The notes under the pieces were generated by a model. It did no database searches. It was not told the DNA's origin and worked only from the letters and a program-made list of their open reading frames with translations. A program made the translations under genes and the position numbers. A DNA stretch of 64,000 nucleotides from assembly GCA_030770535.1 (NCBI GenBank), contig JASVEC010000015.1, forward strand, positions 1-64,000. The letters run 5' to 3'. The DNA is from Batkoa obscura. Taxonomy: Eukaryota. Of the stretch, positions 39,062 through 51,399 are shown in pieces. Numbering within the stretch: position 1 is the stretch's first letter; every line of letters starts with the position of its first letter.

Positions 39062-40165
39062 TTAATTAGCAAATCTAGGATAATCACTATACCCAACATG
39101 GCGATCTTCATTTTTATATAAATAAAGAGAAGGGTAGTTAGTGATTTGAGACAATTCATGGTTGTTAAAGAAACGTTCAGGAAGGTCTGGGTTGGGAATA
39201 AACCCACGACCATATACTACTGCATCAGCTTTACCATCTGCAATGTATTTGTCTCCTTCTTCAGCGCTAAAGCCTCCATTAATAAATATCTTCGCATTTT
39301 TAATTAATGGAAAGAATTTTTCAACGTCAAGTTTAAGACCACGACTAGCTGGGTCAAAATCAGGAAGATGACGCATAATTTGAATATAAGCAACTTCACG
39401 TTTATCGAGTTCAGAAATTAAATAGCTAAATAACTTATAGGCCTCTTCCTCGGTTTTTTCGCCTACATCGTTATAGCCGCCACAAGGTGATAATTTGATA
39501 CCAACTCTATCAGCAGAAAACACTTCTATAAAAGCATCAATAACTTCAAGAACAAAGCGAGAACGGTTTTCAATGCTACCGCCATAATTATCAGTACGTT
39601 GATTTGAATTAGAGTCAAGGAATTGATGTGCTAAATAGCCATTAGCACTATGTAATTCAATACCATCAAATCCTGCTTCTTTGGCATTGATGGCAGCTTG
39701 TTTGAAGTTTTGTACATATTCTTTAGGATCTTGGATAGCCTTTGGAATGGAATAACCAGGGTTTCCTTCAAGTAAACGAAACTTTCCACCATTGGCTTTA
39801 ATAGCAGAAGGGGCAGGTGGGGCCATACCAGCATTAAGTAAAGCGTTGGCCGCTCTTCCTAAGTGCCATAATTGTGCAAAAATATAGCTGTCTTTTTCAT
39901 GTACTTTATCGGTTACGATCTTCCACCCTTTGATTTGCTCTTTGCTCCAAATTCCAGGTGCTCCTGGCCATTCAGTACCCTGTGGCTCGATAAGGACACC
40001 TTCAGATAATATTAAGCCTGCAGATGCTCTTTGACCATAGTATTCAGCAAATAGTTTATCAGGGACAATCCCACGATTACGGGTTAAGGAAGCAAGAACT
40101 ACTCGATTTTTGAGCTTTAACCCTTTAAGATTTAATGGCTGTTGTAAGTTTTTATTATATGACAT
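39062..40165 (-). CDS. Old yellow enzyme family NADH:flavin oxidoreductase, intronless
   Basis: LKNRVVLASLTR, YYGQRA, QLWHLGR, GFDGIELHSANGYL, NQRTDNYGGSIENR, GYSDYP. Confidence 0.95.
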   Translation of the reverse strand: MSYNKNLQQPLNLKGLKLKNRVVLASLTRNRGIVPDKLFAEYYGQRASAGLILSEGVLIEPQGTEWPGAPGIWSKEQIKGWKIVTDKVHEKDSYIFAQLWHLGRAANALLNAGMAPPAPSAIKANGGKFRLLEGNPGYSIPKAIQDPKEYVQNFKQAAINAKEAGFDGIELHSANGYLAHQFLDSNSNQRTDNYGGSIENRSRFVLEVIDAFIEVFSADRVGIKLSPCGGYNDVGEKTEEEAYKLFSYLISELDKREVAYIQIMRHLPDFDPASRGLKLDVEKFFPLIKNAKIFINGGFSAEEGDKYIADGKADAVVYGRGFIPNPDLPERFFNNHELSQITNYPSLYLYKNEDRHVGYSDYPRFAN

Positions 40166-41073
40166 TGACTGTATTATTTAATATGATTTTGGTTAATTGA
40201 TTGATTGATTTCTTGTTAAGTGTTTATCATTACTTTATATACATAAATTGTCCTTAGCTTATTATTAATATATTGTACAATAATTTGAATAAATTATCCT
40301 AACTTAAAAAGGGGCTTTTAACTTAAATTACATCTTTTTCCGATATTTTTCAAAAAATTATGTGAATTTAAAAACTCAAGATCGAATAAAATTAAATAAA
40401 AAATAAGTTAGTCATAATAAACTTTTATATAAACCTATTGTTTAAAATCCCACTATTTTCTGCTTGCATTAGGGAAAATGCTAAAATGTATGATTTTTTA
40501 TTTTTATATAATATTAGTTTTAAATCCAAATCAGTTTTGCCCTTTGTTGAAAATGGCAAAAAGGATCTATATTATTAACTTCCCTCTAATTTTGAATCAT
40601 TTTAACAGCTATTTCGGCAGGGATAAACAAGCACCCGGGCAATTTTTTTGATGACAAATGAATCTAATGAGATGAGAAAATAGAATAATCTTTAGCACAG
40701 AGAATACCAAACCTAAGCTAGCATCAGTCGTGGTACTAAAATAGATACCTCATTTTTACACAATATTTAACATAGTATTTTGGTTCAACGAAAACATAGG
40801 ATACTTTTCATATAACGTTAATTTTAACTGCTTTTTAAACCCGATTAAATTAGCCGTTTTTGATTGAAATTTTAAAAATTTAATTTAATTTTTTGTCTAG
40901 ATATGCGCTTGGCCCTACTTGCATTTGTAATATACTTTGATTATTAAACAATGTATTCAATTCCTTAATTTTAATTGCCAGGCTAATAATTTATTTTAGT
41001 AAAATTAATTAAAACCTATTATTTGATTTTTAATTAGAACCAAACAGTTTGAGGTTATGCGATATCATGATAT

Positions 41074-41171
41074 GGGGCTGTTTTTTTTAGTTTCATTATT
41101 TTTCCATTTTTTAAGCGCTATTTATGTGGAAAAATTGTCAGTAAAATTCTTAAATACAAAAATACATCCCC
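41074..41171 (+). mobile_element. MITE copy
   Basis: TSD ATAT. Confidence 0.9.
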
Positions 41172-42100
41172 ATATGCTTTACTAAAATTACGAATCTCAG
41201 TATAATTTTATTGAAATGAGATTAATAATGTAAAATCCAGTTCCAGAATTAGTTTGTCATAAATTAAATTAAGTCCGAAAATAAGTTTTATAAAATTTGG
41301 CACTTTTGAGAATAATCAAAATACATTAACTCTAAAAGCAAAAATGAGCCAACAATAAAACAATAATAAAATAGAAAGGTTAATTTATAAAGTAATATTG
41401 TAAACAATGTTTTTTTGTTTAAACATTGTAGTTTATTTTTATTTTTATTTTTAAGTATTGTGGTATGAATTAAAGAATGACACTAACAAAATCTATAGAA
41501 CAATTTTCAAAAGCATGAATAGATTAGGTTTTGAGCTATTAAACTCAGATATCAAAATAGCCTATTAAACATTACTTTGGTGCTAATTTTTTAGATTTGT
41601 TATATTTTTAGTATATTTATCTATAAAATTACTTTTAATACTTGCTCAAGGAATATAATTTCAAAATCATGGTGAGTTTGAATCCGAGATGCAAATATTG
41701 AAAGTTTATTAATTTTTATTTCGACAATAATTCTACCTAAACCCAATGGTTACTAATTTGCAAGAGGAGTACAAGATTTGAGTGTTTATGCAATTAACAT
41801 TTAATTGTGTTTCTGATTAAAAATAGTAACTAAAGGAACTTTACTCATGTATTTGATAAATATATCATTTTAAAGATTTATTGATCATAACATAGCTTAT
41901 ATTAAGTATTAAAATACAAATGTGTAGTTAGATATTCCATTTAAAATCTAACTGCTCATATTATATATTAAATCTTAAAACCATAAATAAGGATACAATT
42001 ATTAAAAAACAGTTTGTAAAAGTAAACTTTTGTTATCATTTGGCTACAAGTAATTCAACTATTTTTAATAAATTTAAATGAGTGAAATTTTTAAATTAAT

Positions 42101-43752
42101 TTAGGCTTGGTATGTAGTAGAGGATACATTACCACCACGTCCAGTCCAGTTGGTATGTACCCAAGTACCAGGATTATCTAAACGTTCATAGGTATGTGCA
42201 CCAAAGTAATCACGTTGAGCTTGGAGAAGATTAGCAGGTAAAGTTTCACTGCGGTAACCATCATAGAAAGCAATAGCAGCCGAAAGAGCTGGAGTTGGGA
42301 TACCAGCTAAAACAGCGCTGGAAACAACTTCACGCCATGATTGAAGAGCATCGGCAGTAGCTTTTTGGAAGAACTCATCGAATAGAAGAGATTCAAGATT
42401 TGGGTTCTTTTCAAAAGCATTTTTGATATCGCCAAGGAAAGCAGAACGGATGATACATCCTCCACGCCACATTAAAGCAATGGCACCATAGTTTAAGTGC
42501 CATCCATATTCTTTGGCAGCTTCACGCATCAACATGAAGCCTTGAGCATAAGAAATTATCTTTGAAGCATAAAGAGCTTTTCCTACCTTCTTGATAAATT
42601 CTTTTTTATCGGTTGTGCTAATCTTTGGAGATTCAGCACCAGCAAGGAGCTTGCTAGCACGAATACGTTCATCTTTAAGGGAAGACAAGCAGCGAGCAAA
42701 TACAGCTTCGCCAATTAATGTGACTGGGGTACCAAAGTCTAAAGCGGAAATGGCAGTCCATTTACCAGTTCCTTTTTGACCAGCAGTATCACGAATCTTT
42801 TCAACTAATGGAGTACCGTCTTGGTCTTTGTATGCAAGAATATCAGTAGTGATTTCAATAAGGAAGGAGTCAAGCTCTCCTTTATTCCATTCAGCAAAGA
42901 CTTGAGATAATTCGTCATGGTTAAGACCAAGTCCATGATGAAGGATAGAATATGCTTCACAGATCATTTGCATATCACCATATTCAATGCCATTATGTAC
43001 CATTTTAACATAATGACCAGATCCAGTTTCACCTACCCAATCACAGCATGCTTCACCATCTGATTTGGCGGAAATACCTTGGAAAATAGGTTTAAGGTGT
43101 TCCCTAAATCAAAGTTAGTAAAGATAACAAATTAAAGTTAATAGGTATTACCAAGCAGCTGGGGAACCACCAGGCATGATAGAAGGACCATAGCGAGCAC
43201 CTTCTTCACCACCAGATACACCAGCACCAACAAAAAGGATACCCTTTTCTTCAAGGTATTTGGTACGACGATTGGAGTCAGGGAAATGAGAGTTACCACC
43301 ATCAATAATGATGTCACCTTTCTCAAGGTGAGGGAGAAGTTGTTCAATAAAATCATCAACAGCAGAACCTGCCTTAACAAGCATCATAACTTTTCTTGGG
43401 CGCTTAAGTTTTTGGCAAAGCTCTTCAATGCTATGAGCACCAACAATTTGAGTACCTTAATATATAAGCTAAGGTTAAATCAAGTACTGAAATTCAACTT
43501 ACCTTTAGCTTCATTTTCTAAGAAATGATCTACTTTAGAAGTAGTACGGTTGTAAGCGCACACTACAAAACCATGATCGTTCATGTTAAGGATCAAATTT
43601 TGACCCTAAAATCAATAAGTATTAAAGCTATTAAACAATATTATCACATACCATAACAGCTAATCCAATGAGACCAATATCAGCACTATAATAAAATAGG
43701 TTAATTAAATATTATGATATAGTTTATTGTATGCTTACACAGCTTGAGACAT
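42101..43752 (-). CDS. GND1: 6-phosphogluconate dehydrogenase, decarboxylating; 5 exons
   Basis: [62 protein letters not shown]. Confidence 0.98.
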
Positions 43753-44541
43753 ATTTACTATTATATTTAAATTTACAAAAAAAACTAAAGATAAAATACA
43801 TTTCTAATCGTTTATATATACTATTGTGATTACGAAACAATTTACACTGTATTCAGGATATAACCAATCATAAGACAACGAATTAAAATGCGTATTTATC
43901 CATTATAAATCTAAAGGATAATTTAATAATTGTCTTTTTCTATGAAATCATAAAAGACGTGGTTCGTGGAATGGACTATAGAGAGAGCATAGCTAATAGC
44001 AAAAAAAACACTCGCATTATGGTGTAATATTTACATCAAGTGCTTTTATATACCATAGCAGTTTGATAGAAAATCTTTTTTGATAGTTGATTTGAGGTTT
44101 TAGTAAGCTGATGTTATCTGAACCAAACAGCCGAATAAAGTAGATTAGGCTAAACCCAATAAATTGATAGAATCCTACAAATTTCGTTATCATAATTTGT
44201 TTATTTTAAATCGTTGTTACTTAAGACTAAATTGAAAGTTGACCTAGATTTATAAGCTTAAACTATGTTCCATTTAAATTTGTAATTTTACTTACTATGA
44301 TTGGCTTTCTTAATTTCGAGAAACATGATTTATAATATTTTTTTTGATTGTTCATTATTTGGGGGTAATAAAATAAAGTTAACATTCTTTTTGGCTACAA
44401 TCTCTCATTAAACGCTTTGGTATAGACCAAAGTTGATATTAAAATAGCTTATATAGCAAAGATAAATATATGATATAATTAATATAGAGAATTGTTATTT
44501 CAAATATTAGATAACTGATATTTTGTTAAATAGTACTATAT

Positions 44542-44640
44542 GGGAGTGTTTTTTTTGACTTCATTATTTTTTCCATTTTTTAAGCACTATTTAAGTGGAA
44601 AATTTGTTAGTAAAATTCTTAAATATAAAAATACATCCCC
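44542..44640 (+). mobile_element. MITE copy
   Basis: TSD ATAT. Confidence 0.9.
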
Positions 44641-44725
44641 ATATGGTCAATTTTTATTATTATGCGCAAAAAGTTTTCTTAAAAATCCTGTTTCAAAACA
44701 ATTCCAGCTTTAAAAAATAATACAT

Positions 44726-44822
44726 GGTGATGTTTTTTTGGCTTCATTACTTTTTCCATCTTTTAAGCGTTATTTGAGTGGAAAATTATTAGTAAAACCC
44801 TTAAATACAAAAATACATTCCC
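44726..44822 (+). mobile_element. MITE copy
   Basis: Consensus match; flanks ACAT and ATAT. Confidence 0.87.
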
Positions 44823-45112
44823 ATATACTTTGTTTTGCTTTTAATCAAATATATTACCCAAGTAATATATTTGTATGATGGTTTAACTTAAATCCGATCT
44901 TACTAATGAAGCAATAGCTAATAAGCTTCCCTCTATTAACAAAACGTTTATTTTTTATTAATAATAGTTTGTAGAAAATTTGTTTAGTTTTTTATTATCT
45001 GTAATACATAATTCTAATTAGTAAACTATCTTAGCTTTAAGCTATATTTAAAATCCAGTTTTATAAAAAAGACGCTATACTATACCAAAAATCCTTAAGT
45101 AATTATATTTAC

Positions 45113-45205
45113 TAGTTTTTTTTAGCTTCGCTTTTTCTATCTTTTAAAGCGCTATTTAAGTGGAAAAATTATTAGTAAAATTCTTGAACATAAAAACATA
45201 TATCC
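45113..45205 (+). mobile_element. MITE copy (diverged)
   Basis: Internal consensus match, left TIR eroded. Confidence 0.75.
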
Positions 45206-45879
45206 ATATTTTGTATTTATACAACCTTAGAGATATTTTAGTATTGAAAGACATTTGGATATACAAAAATTTTAAAACTGTATAAAAATAATCTAGCAGT
45301 TAGGCTTTAACTTTAAAGCTGGATTAATCAAAGTACTCATTGAATAGTTATATTAAGTTATGAAGTGTTTGTTAGTAAATATGGTATTAACTTTCAAACA
45401 ATGACAAGGTTTAATCGTTAGTGTGTATGGCTTAAAATTCGTTTGTTTAAGCTACTTGGTTTTATAAAATCCCAGAAGACATCATACTGATGATGTTTAT
45501 TTCATTAGCATTTAATATAATTTTTAGATGTTATAAAAAAAAGTATCTTAGCACTATTTAATTAAATATTAAATATTAAGACTAAGTTTAGTATTGATTT
45601 TCAAAGTAAATGAAGATGGCCGAATTTCAGGGATAAGAAGAAACAAATTAAATTTATACTATTTAATGGTGTAGTTTTGATTAGTTGTAAATTTAATCTA
45701 CACGCCATTTAATAATCAAATGTATACAATTTCATAAGTAATGTTCAAATCCTTTCAAATAATTGGTGGCCGTAGGTCATAGCATTATAATGTTTCGTCA
45801 TAGTTAAGACTATTTATCAGAAAGTGTATATAAATATAAACTTGAAATACAAGATCATTTTTTAATAAAATAATTCAAA

Positions 45880-46675
45880 ATGGAGTTATCAAAATGGGAA
45901 AATGATATAGGAAGTATGTAAAACTATTTGCTATTATGATTTATATTAATATTTTGTTTTAGATGTTATTGATAAACTTTACTCAAAAGACAAAAGCCAA
46001 TCCGATTCGGTTATTGATACTTTATTTACTCATGATATAAAATATGAACAGGTACTCTTTACCGTTCAAGGTAAAGAAAGTGTCAAAAAGGTATTCCATC
46101 TTTTGAAAGATTTAAATGCTGGCTCAAATATTGTGCAATCCTTCAATTTTGATAGTGGTAACTATCAATGTATTGTATCTTTTCATCAAGAAATACGTTT
46201 GCCTTACCTTCCATTACCAAGTATTAACTTCCCAGTATACACCTTGTATCAATTTACTGAAGTTAATGAGAGTAAATACATGTTGAATCGTATTCAAGAT
46301 GTTGTAGATCCTCAAAGTATACTTTCATCATTGCCTATCCTTGGTGGCCTTTATAACTCGTTGTTTCGACCACTTACTGGAGCAGCAGTAGTGTCTTTGA
46401 GTACGTTCATGGAAAACCCACATGTATTGAAGGCAGCTAACAATGCCGAAAAGATAGTTACTAATGGTGGCGATATGCTTAAAGAGCAAAGAAATCAAAT
46501 CTTTGCCACTACTGGACGCTATATACAAGCTACTGAAAAGATAGCTAACGAAGCTATCAATTTGGCTCAAGAAACCGCTAATGGTGCTTCTCAACGTATT
46601 AATAATGCTGTTAACGGCCTTGTATCTCCTACTTCCGGGGCGCCTAATGGTAACCAAGGGAATGGGTCCGTTTAA
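45880..46675 (+). CDS. NTF2/SnoaL-like fold protein; intron ~45914-45962
   Basis: IDTYFTHDIKYEQVLFTVQGKESVKKVF..RIQD pattern; spliced frame stays open into ORF 46103-46675. Confidence 0.65.
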
Positions 46676-46970
46676 TTGTACTTTGAAACTTATTGTACCT
46701 CTACTCTATTAAACTCTGTTTATATTTTTGCAATTAAATTAAACTTATACAAGCAATTACTACTATAGTTAGATTTTAGTTATATATTTTATAAACCAGT
46801 TAGTTTTACTAAGTTAAATATAAAAAAATCAGCAAGATAGTTTTATTACTTTTATTAAAAAGTAGACACTTAAATTAGTAGTAAAATAAATGTAATTAAT
46901 TATTTAAAAATTAGGTATATAACTGAAACTTAAAATAGATTAAACATTTAGAATAAAGCTTAATAAATCA

Positions 46971-49382
46971 TCAGTTAGAAGTATCTTCAATAACAATATC
47001 AGGTGCTTCGGAACTTCTCTCCTCAATTTTATAAAGATGTCTTGAATTTAATTGCATTTCTTGCTCAAGCATATTCTTTGCTGGTCCATATCCAAGTGAC
47101 GCTGCCAATTGTAAATTATAGAGCGCAAGTTCTGGATCAATATTAGTACCATGTCCATTTTTATAACATTGAGACAAGTGATAACATCCTGGACTTGAAA
47201 GATGTCTTGCGGCAGCATGAAAATGAGAAAAGGCTTTAGCAAAATCTGGGCCAGAATCAAGGTAATGTAAACCAAGATAATCATAAGCATCGCCACATCC
47301 TCCTTTGGCAGCTCGTTGTAAATAAGATAATGCCAAATGTAAATTAGGTGCAAGGAACCCAGGCTTCCCAGTGTAGTGATATAAACCAATATAATAAATG
47401 GCTTCAGCCTTTCCTTCAACCTCAGAAAGGTAAAGAAAGTAAGCATAAGCCTTTTCATATTGCTGGGTGTTATGAAAGTAGATAGCATCGCTTAGTGAAA
47501 TTCCAGACCCAGGAGATAGCACTTCATCTTGGGTCAAGTTTGATAGTAAAGAAGTGTTAAGAGTCAGATTGGTATCTTTTGAAGTCTGAGTTGAAGATAC
47601 GCTTTCATTATAAGCAATGTTGGGGAATTCTAGGACGTCTTGATTTAACGCTGGTGAAGCGTTAGGGCTAAGTGATTCAATACGTTTTGGGGTAGAAATA
47701 TGCATACTTTTAAACCCATCGATTAATGAGGATAGCGAAGTAGCAGAATCAAAATTCATATATGGCTTAGGAGATAATGAATACCCTGAATAATAGTCAT
47801 ATGAATAATCAAGACTTGGTTCATTTAAGAGTAAAGGGTCGATAGTACTCTTTGATTTGGTAGGGTTGAGAGAGTTTGGAGAGTTTAAAAGTGTAGTGCC
47901 ATTTGTAAAAATACTACGCATTTCTTTTTCCATTTCATAAGAAGTAGGCCTTATTTCTGGGTTCATATCAATGCATCTCTCAATAAAGGAGAGCGTTGGA
48001 CCAGATAAATTTTTAACCCAGATTGGCTTTGTTCCTTCTAATATACTCTTTTTTAAAGAAAGAGAATCAGATGGTTCTGGTATATCATAAGGAAATGATG
48101 TGGTCCATATACTGCCTAATATCATACCTAAGCTATAGACATCGCCTTTTTTAGTAAATAGACCAGAAGTTGGGTCCTCTTTTTCTAAAATTTCGGGTGG
48201 TGTATAAGGATAGTAAGCTTCTCTTCCCTCCCCAAGTAGACGTAATTGAATTGTTTCAAATCCACCAAATTGAAGAGTAAGGTTTGAAGTAACGAGTAAG
48301 TTACGAGGGTTTAGTCCTCCATGTATAATTCCAATAGAATGAAGATTTGCTACTGCTTCAATAATGTTATGAGTAAATCTAAGTCTAGTGAGAAGGTCTA
48401 TTTCTGTTCCCTCATTCGCATGCTTACTTACTAATTGCTGTAAACTCCCAGCTTCAAAATAATCAGATACAATACCAATAGATGAACCTTCTACCCATAA
48501 ACCATGAACCCAAGCAACATAATTATTAGCTCTTTGTTGAATCCATTTTAAAACTTCTTGCTGAATACCTTTTAAAAACTGAGGGTCAATATCTTGATAC
48601 ACTTTTTCAGCAACAATATTATGATTATACCTTGCTTTATATAACTTAAAATTGATACCCATGCGTGGTTGACTATCTAAAGTTCTTCGAATATTCCGAC
48701 GGACTATTCGGTAATTTTTGATTTCAATTTCATTATTTATGTCATCCTTGAAAAGGCCTTCAATTTTTATTTCTTGCTCTGAAAATAGATTATCGTTCAA
48801 AAGTTTAAGTGTCCCATTTATAGTACCCATGGTATTATTTGAAAGTACAGTACCGATAACAATTTTTGAACTAAGTTCACTTTTATATAGGCCTGCTTTT
48901 AAAGATTTTAAAAAACTTACTGCTCTACCAATCTCAATAGCATGGACCCTTGTGGCTTCTCTATATTTATCTTGGTTCCTCAATCTACTAAATAATCCCT
49001 TATCTTTCAAGAGATAAATAAACTCCAGTGTTTTATTTAATGCCTCAATATATTCCATGAAAGCAATAAAGTATTGCTTTGACTCCAAAAATGGTTTGTT
49101 ATCTGAATATGTAGCTATTTGCTCCTCAACATAAATATCACACTCTTCAATCTGTACCAATAACTCTTTACATATCTTTTTTTTAAACGTAAATAAGTCA
49201 ATTGTCTGTTTTACTGATGATTGTAATCGAAGTGCATCATTTAAAATAGTGTATGTATCGCCTTTACTAAAGCGTTGGGTTGATGAACGTGATCTGAAAA
49301 TATGTGAAGGGATGCTAGTTTCAGTATCATAACTTTCAGAATTAGAACGGCTTCTATTATTTTTTTTATCAGGTGATAACAT
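46971..49382 (-). CDS. MLKL-like protein: four-helix-bundle domain, pseudokinase, Sel1-like repeats; 803 aa, intronless
   Basis: VAEK, HGGLNPRN, GGFE, YTPPE, DVYSLG; Sel1 motifs (AIYYIGLYHYTG, GCYHLSQCYKNGHGT..AASLG); helical aa ~43-160. Confidence 0.85.
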   Translation of the reverse strand: MLSPDKKNNRSRSNSESYDTETSIPSHIFRSRSSTQRFSKGDTYTILNDALRLQSSVKQTIDLFTFKKKICKELLVQIEECDIYVEEQIATYSDNKPFLESKQYFIAFMEYIEALNKTLEFIYLLKDKGLFSRLRNQDKYREATRVHAIEIGRAVSFLKSLKAGLYKSELSSKIVIGTVLSNNTMGTINGTLKLLNDNLFSEQEIKIEGLFKDDINNEIEIKNYRIVRRNIRRTLDSQPRMGINFKLYKARYNHNIVAEKVYQDIDPQFLKGIQQEVLKWIQQRANNYVAWVHGLWVEGSSIGIVSDYFEAGSLQQLVSKHANEGTEIDLLTRLRFTHNIIEAVANLHSIGIIHGGLNPRNLLVTSNLTLQFGGFETIQLRLLGEGREAYYPYTPPEILEKEDPTSGLFTKKGDVYSLGMILGSIWTTSFPYDIPEPSDSLSLKKSILEGTKPIWVKNLSGPTLSFIERCIDMNPEIRPTSYEMEKEMRSIFTNGTTLLNSPNSLNPTKSKSTIDPLLLNEPSLDYSYDYYSGYSLSPKPYMNFDSATSLSSLIDGFKSMHISTPKRIESLSPNASPALNQDVLEFPNIAYNESVSSTQTSKDTNLTLNTSLLSNLTQDEVLSPGSGISLSDAIYFHNTQQYEKAYAYFLYLSEVEGKAEAIYYIGLYHYTGKPGFLAPNLHLALSYLQRAAKGGCGDAYDYLGLHYLDSGPDFAKAFSHFHAAARHLSSPGCYHLSQCYKNGHGTNIDPELALYNLQLAASLGYGPAKNMLEQEMQLNSRHLYKIEERSSEAPDIVIEDTSN

Positions 49383-49977
49383 TAATTATTAATACAATTC
49401 TAAATAAAATGTCAGTTAATAATACTGTATATTAAATAACTCTATAGCAGAAGCAAAAACATAATAAAGATCTATGTTTACCTAGAATTCAAACTTTAAA
49501 ACAATAGTAAGGGAACAGCAAATTTGTTTAAATAAAACCTATGCTTAAACTCGCATATGTAAGATGAATAAATAATACTTTTATTAAATTCTATTAAAAT
49601 TTGAACTTATCATCACTTTCTTTAATTAAAATTCAACCAATTAAAATAACTTGAACAATATACAAGTTATGATAATATCTAATTATTACCATTTAAAATG
49701 AGCAAATAATCACAGTACTTTTATTATAAATAATATAATTATAGTATAACGATATCGCTATCAATATTATATATACCAAATTTAGTAATATAAGATCTTA
49801 CAGATATCAAGATAGGATAGTTATTTTAAGTATGATAAAATAATCAAAGATAAAACTAAAAGAAACAAAAGATACTTTATAATAACACCCATTTATTATA
49901 GTATGACATAGTATCAGTTTTAAAAGATAAACAAGTATCAAATAACTTAATCATTTAAATTATGGATTCTATTTCAT

Positions 49978-50313
49978 TCAAGGTTTACGAGAATTTGCTT
50001 GATTAATTCTATCCCCAGCCTCCAAAATATGTTTAGGTATTTGGACGTCCCAAGCAGGGCGGTCGCTTTGAGCATTTGATTTTATAAAATCAGCAATCAA
50101 GTCCCAATCTTTTTTAACTGCTGCTCGCTTTTTATCTACCTCTTTTTTCTCAGCTTCGGACATTTTCTATATTAAATTAGTTTGTTATTCAGTAGGTTGT
50201 TTAGTTATGCTTACATCATATAGTTGGTTGGGACTTGGCACAGTCAGTTTCATCAACGCATAACCTACTCCAGTAATTCCTAATAGTGCTGCTATTCCTT
50301 TTCTCCACGACAT
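49978..50313 (-). CDS. CBP4: Cbp4-like cytochrome bc1 assembly factor, one intron
   Basis: GITGVGYALMKLTVPSPNQLYD/KMS..SDRPAW. Confidence 0.75.
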
Positions 50314-50437
50314 TTTTGTTTAAAAAGCTAAAATTTAAAATTGAAGATCTCATCAAATCTGATCAAATCTCAGAGTTTTGCAAAAAAAGTAAAAATGAAC
50401 AAAATCTTGGTTTTTTTCATGCTACCTTTTAATAAAG

Positions 50438-51259
50438 ATGAAAGTATATTTAAATATAACCATTGGAAACCTTAGCAAATATGAAGAGGAATGTAAAGCT
50501 TACGAGTTAGGAAAGGGATTTATATCAAAGAATGCATCATGGGTGGCAGAGGATTTGAATGAAGGGGAGTTCCTTAATAATGAGAAATTAAATCTATTAG
50601 TAGAGATGGTAGATAATCAACCAGAATATAAAGACAAGGTAATTTTAAATTCTACTATTCTATATGTTAATCTAATTTTTAAAATAGCTCATTCAATTTA
50701 ACCCTCCACAAAAATTAAAAGGCGGCAGACTAGTTTTCGAGTTGGATGAAAAAAACTGTCCAAAAACAAGTTCCAACTTTTACCATTTATGTAAAGGTGA
50801 TAAAGGCCTCAGTAAACCAAGTAAAAAGCCCCTTCATTATCTAAATACTACCTTATTTCGTGTTGTAAGTGGTTACATTGCTCAAGGCGGAGACATTACA
50901 AGAGGTAGTTAATTTAACTAATATCAACAAAGTTTACTAACTAAGTTTAAGGGGATGGTAGTGGAGGGGACTCAATTTACAATGGTAAGTTTAACGATGA
51001 AAAAGGAGGTTTAAACAAAAAGTTTGAAGAAGCAGGCTCACTAGCAATGGCAAATTCTGGAAAAAATTCAAATACTTCACAGTTTTTCATTACGCTTCCA
51101 ACTAGTGAAAAAGATGCTTATAGTAAATTAAATGGTAAATACGTCCTATTTGGTAGACTTACTGAAGGTTTAGAGGTACTAGATTTTATTAATCAAATCC
51201 CTTGCAACAATGAAATACCTGAGTCTGCTATCACTATTACAGATTGTGGCACTTTATAA
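50438..51259 (+). CDS. Cyclophilin-type peptidyl-prolyl isomerase, 3 exons
   Basis: GRLVFEL..CPKT..NF, QGGDITRGDGSGGDSIY, MANSGKNSNTSQFFIT, VLFG, ITDCG. Confidence 0.92.
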
Positions 51260-51399
51260 ATTATTTAGTATTATAACAATTAATAAAAGTTATATTAAAT
51301 ATTCATTTGTATTAAAAACTCTGATTTTAAAAATAGTTTTAAATATGTCGCTTTTTATTATCTTTTATAAAATAGGGAATAAAGTAAATATCAGACTAT

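Noticed and set aside
39062..40165. Horizontal transfer of the intronless OYE gene
   Set aside because: Lack of introns alone is insufficient; several genes here are intronless and base composition looks native. A phylogeny would be needed
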